Origin: Acidimicrobiales bacterium
GTDB lineage: Bacteria > Actinomycetota > Acidimicrobiia > Acidimicrobiales > Bog-793
Reading direction: 5' to 3'
NCBI GenBank assembly: GCA_052143575.1
Contig: JBKQSP010000051.1
Location: 6,308 to 70,307, forward strand
DNA: 64,000 nucleotides
Part shown: positions 62,524 to 64,000 of the stretch, one piece after another
Layout: each line of letters begins with the position of its first letter
Position numbering within the stretch: the stretch's first letter is position 1
Notes under the pieces: model-generated
What the model was told of the DNA's origin: nothing
Databases searched by the model: none
The model's input: the letters and a program-made list of their open reading frames with translations, nothing else
Translations under genes and position numbers: made by a program

Positions 62524-64000
62524 GTGACGCCGCTTCGCATCCGCTGGCTGGGCCGCGTCCGCTACCAGGAGGCGCTCGATCTCCAGCACGCCATTCGGGA
62601 TGCCCGCACCGGCGACTACCTCCTGTTGCTCGAGCACCCGCACGTCTACACCCTTGGCGTGCGCACGAAGCCCGAGCACCTCTTGGCAGGCGTCGCCTCC
62701 TCCGGTGCCGACGTCGTGCGGGCGGACCGGGGCGGCGACGTCACCTACCACGGTCCCGGGCAGCTCGTGGGCTATCCGGTGCTCGACGTCCCGATGGGCC
62801 CGGCCACCGTTCCGGCCTACGTGCGCCGCATCGAGCAGCTCGTGATAGACGTGCTGGCCGACGTCGGCCTCGGTGACACGGGGCGCCTCGACGGCTACCC
62901 GGGGGTGTGGGTCGAGCCCGGCGGCCACCGCCCGCGGAAGATCTGCGCCATCGGGGTACGAGTGGACCGGGGGAGGTCGATGCACGGCTTCGCCCTCAAC
63001 GTCGACCCCGACCTGACCATGTTCGGGAACATCGTGCCCTGTGGCATCCCGGACAAGCCCGTCACCTCGCTTGCCGCCGAGGGCATCGACGTGTCGATGC
63101 GGGACGTCGTCGAGGCCGTGTGCCGCCGAGCTGCTTCGGGCCTCTCGTTCGGAGCGGGGGAGCGCCGGATCGAGGTGCACTCGGCCGCCTGGAGGCCGCC
63201 GAGCGAGCCGGCGGAGAGCGCCGGCGGCTCGGCCGTCGCCCCTGTCGTCATCCGTTCGCTCGACCGCCGGCTCGCCACTGCCGGCGTCGACCCGAACGGT
63301 GGCATCTCCTTTCACTCCCGAAAGCCGGACTACTTGCGCGCCCCGGTCAGGCTCGGCACCGAGGTCCTCGGGCTGCGCTCGCTGGTGCGCGGGCTCAACC
63401 TCGTGACCGTGTGCGAGGAGGCGGGCTGCCCGAACCTGTCGGAGTGCTGGGCAGACGGCACGGCCACGTTCATGATCAACGGCGAGCGTTGTACGCGGGC
63501 GTGTGGCTTCTGCCTGGTGGATACCCGCCATCCGGTGCCCCTCGACCCCGAGGAGCCCGAGCACGTCGCCGATGCCGTTGTGCGGCTCGGCCTCGCCCAC
63601 GCCGTCGTTACCGCCGTCGCCCGTGACGATCTCGCCGACGGAGGCGCCGCCGCCTTCGCGGCCACCGTGGGCGCCATCCGCCGCCGCAGCGCCGGCACGG
63701 CCGTCGAAGTCCTCGTCTCGGACTGCAAGGGCGATGCCGACTCGCAGGCCGTGATCTTCGCCAGCCGCCCCGACGTGCTCAACCACAACGTCGAGACGGT
63801 GCTCCGCCTGCAGCGCGCCGTCCGTACGTCGGCGCACTACGCCCGGAGCCTCACTCTGCTCGCCCGCGCAAAAGCTGCAGGTCTCGTGACGAAATCCGGC
63901 ATGATCCTCGGCATGGGCGAGACCCTGCCCGAGATCGAGGCCACCCTCCTCGACCTGCGCGCCGTCGGCGTCGACATCGTCACGATCGGCCAGTACCTGC
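62524..64000 (+). CDS. lipB-lipA: octanoyltransferase LipB and lipoyl synthase LipA encoded in one continuous reading frame (apparent LipB-LipA fusion); 3' end beyond window
   Basis: I translated frame 1 codon by codon from GTG 62524 (3 nt after the E2 TAA) to 64000 and found no stop. LipB motifs are HGPGQLVGYP, RKICAIGVRV and IVPCGI. LipA motifs are RKPDYLRAP (from 63319), CEEAGCPNLSEC, CTRACGFC and NHNVETV. The ORF is absent from the track, consistent with being open-ended. Confidence 0.85.
   Translation, partial: MTPLRIRWLGRVRYQEALDLQHAIRDARTGDYLLLLEHPHVYTLGVRTKPEHLLAGVASSGADVVRADRGGDVTYHGPGQLVGYPVLDVPMGPATVPAYVRRIEQLVIDVLADVGLGDTGRLDGYPGVWVEPGGHRPRKICAIGVRVDRGRSMHGFALNVDPDLTMFGNIVPCGIPDKPVTSLAAEGIDVSMRDVVEAVCRRAASGLSFGAGERRIEVHSAAWRPPSEPAESAGGSAVAPVVIRSLDRRLATAGVDPNGGISFHSRKPDYLRAPVRLGTEVLGLRSLVRGLNLVTVCEEAGCPNLSECWADGTATFMINGERCTRACGFCLVDTRHPVPLDPEEPEHVADAVVRLGLAHAVVTAVARDDLADGGAAAFAATVGAIRRRSAGTAVEVLVSDCKGDADSQAVIFASRPDVLNHNVETVLRLQRAVRTSAHYARSLTLLARAKAAGLVTKSGMILGMGETLPEIEATLLDLRAVGVDIVTIGQYL

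Noticed and set aside
61798-63837. 679-aa minus-strand ORF
   Set aside because: It is antisense to the E2 and lipB-lipA reading frames, so it is a shadow ORF.

Overview
This is a very GC-rich, densely coding segment of an actinobacterial-type chromosome. GC content was judged by eye, not computed. All calls rest on reading the sequence and the ORF track, with motif and family recognition from memory; no searches were run.

I support about 57 protein genes. I saw no rRNA, tRNA, CRISPR array, transposase or integrase.

Conserved housekeeping blocks:
- mihF-gmk-rpoZ-coaBC-metK-priA
- rpsO-pnp-M16 peptidase-dapB
- dapA-rnj-ftsK
- sufC-sufS-sufU
- aceE
- cysD-cysN-cysC
- lpd-E2-lipB/lipA

More accessory-looking genes lie between these blocks:
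- a 1238-aa secreted subtilase-like/FG-GAP protein
- two paralogous TetR regulators
- an AurF-like diiron protein
- a beta-carbonic anhydrase
- an Asp-box lipoprotein
- an LLM oxidoreductase/hydrolase/PAS-GGDEF operon
- a lower-GC MazF/RHH toxin-antitoxin islet
- a molybdoenzyme cluster

Most notable observations:
1. A secreted protein built from 14 tandem ~40-aa units, each carrying a cysteine pair. I cannot place the repeat in a named family (47180..49009).
2. lipB and lipA form one uninterrupted reading frame, with both catalytic motif sets intact (62524 to the window end).
3. A 14-codon mini-ORF with a strong Shine-Dalgarno sequence sits inside mutually exclusive hairpins in an AT-richer orphan intergenic region (39834..40066).
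4. An HhH-GPD repair-type protein is fused to a histone-H1-like AKKAP tail and is translationally coupled to thiE.
5. gmk has no canonical start codon ahead of its P-loop and lies in frame behind the mihF stop.
6. FtsK carries an acidic/proline-rich insertion of roughly 100 aa inside its motor domain.
7. PNPase carries an Arg/Gly/Ser/Glu-rich C-terminal tail.
8. The TA islet holds a second RHH-like ORF and a palindromic operator over a leaderless-type promoter.

Many long ORFs in the track are antisense or out-of-frame shadows typical of high-GC DNA, and I rejected them.
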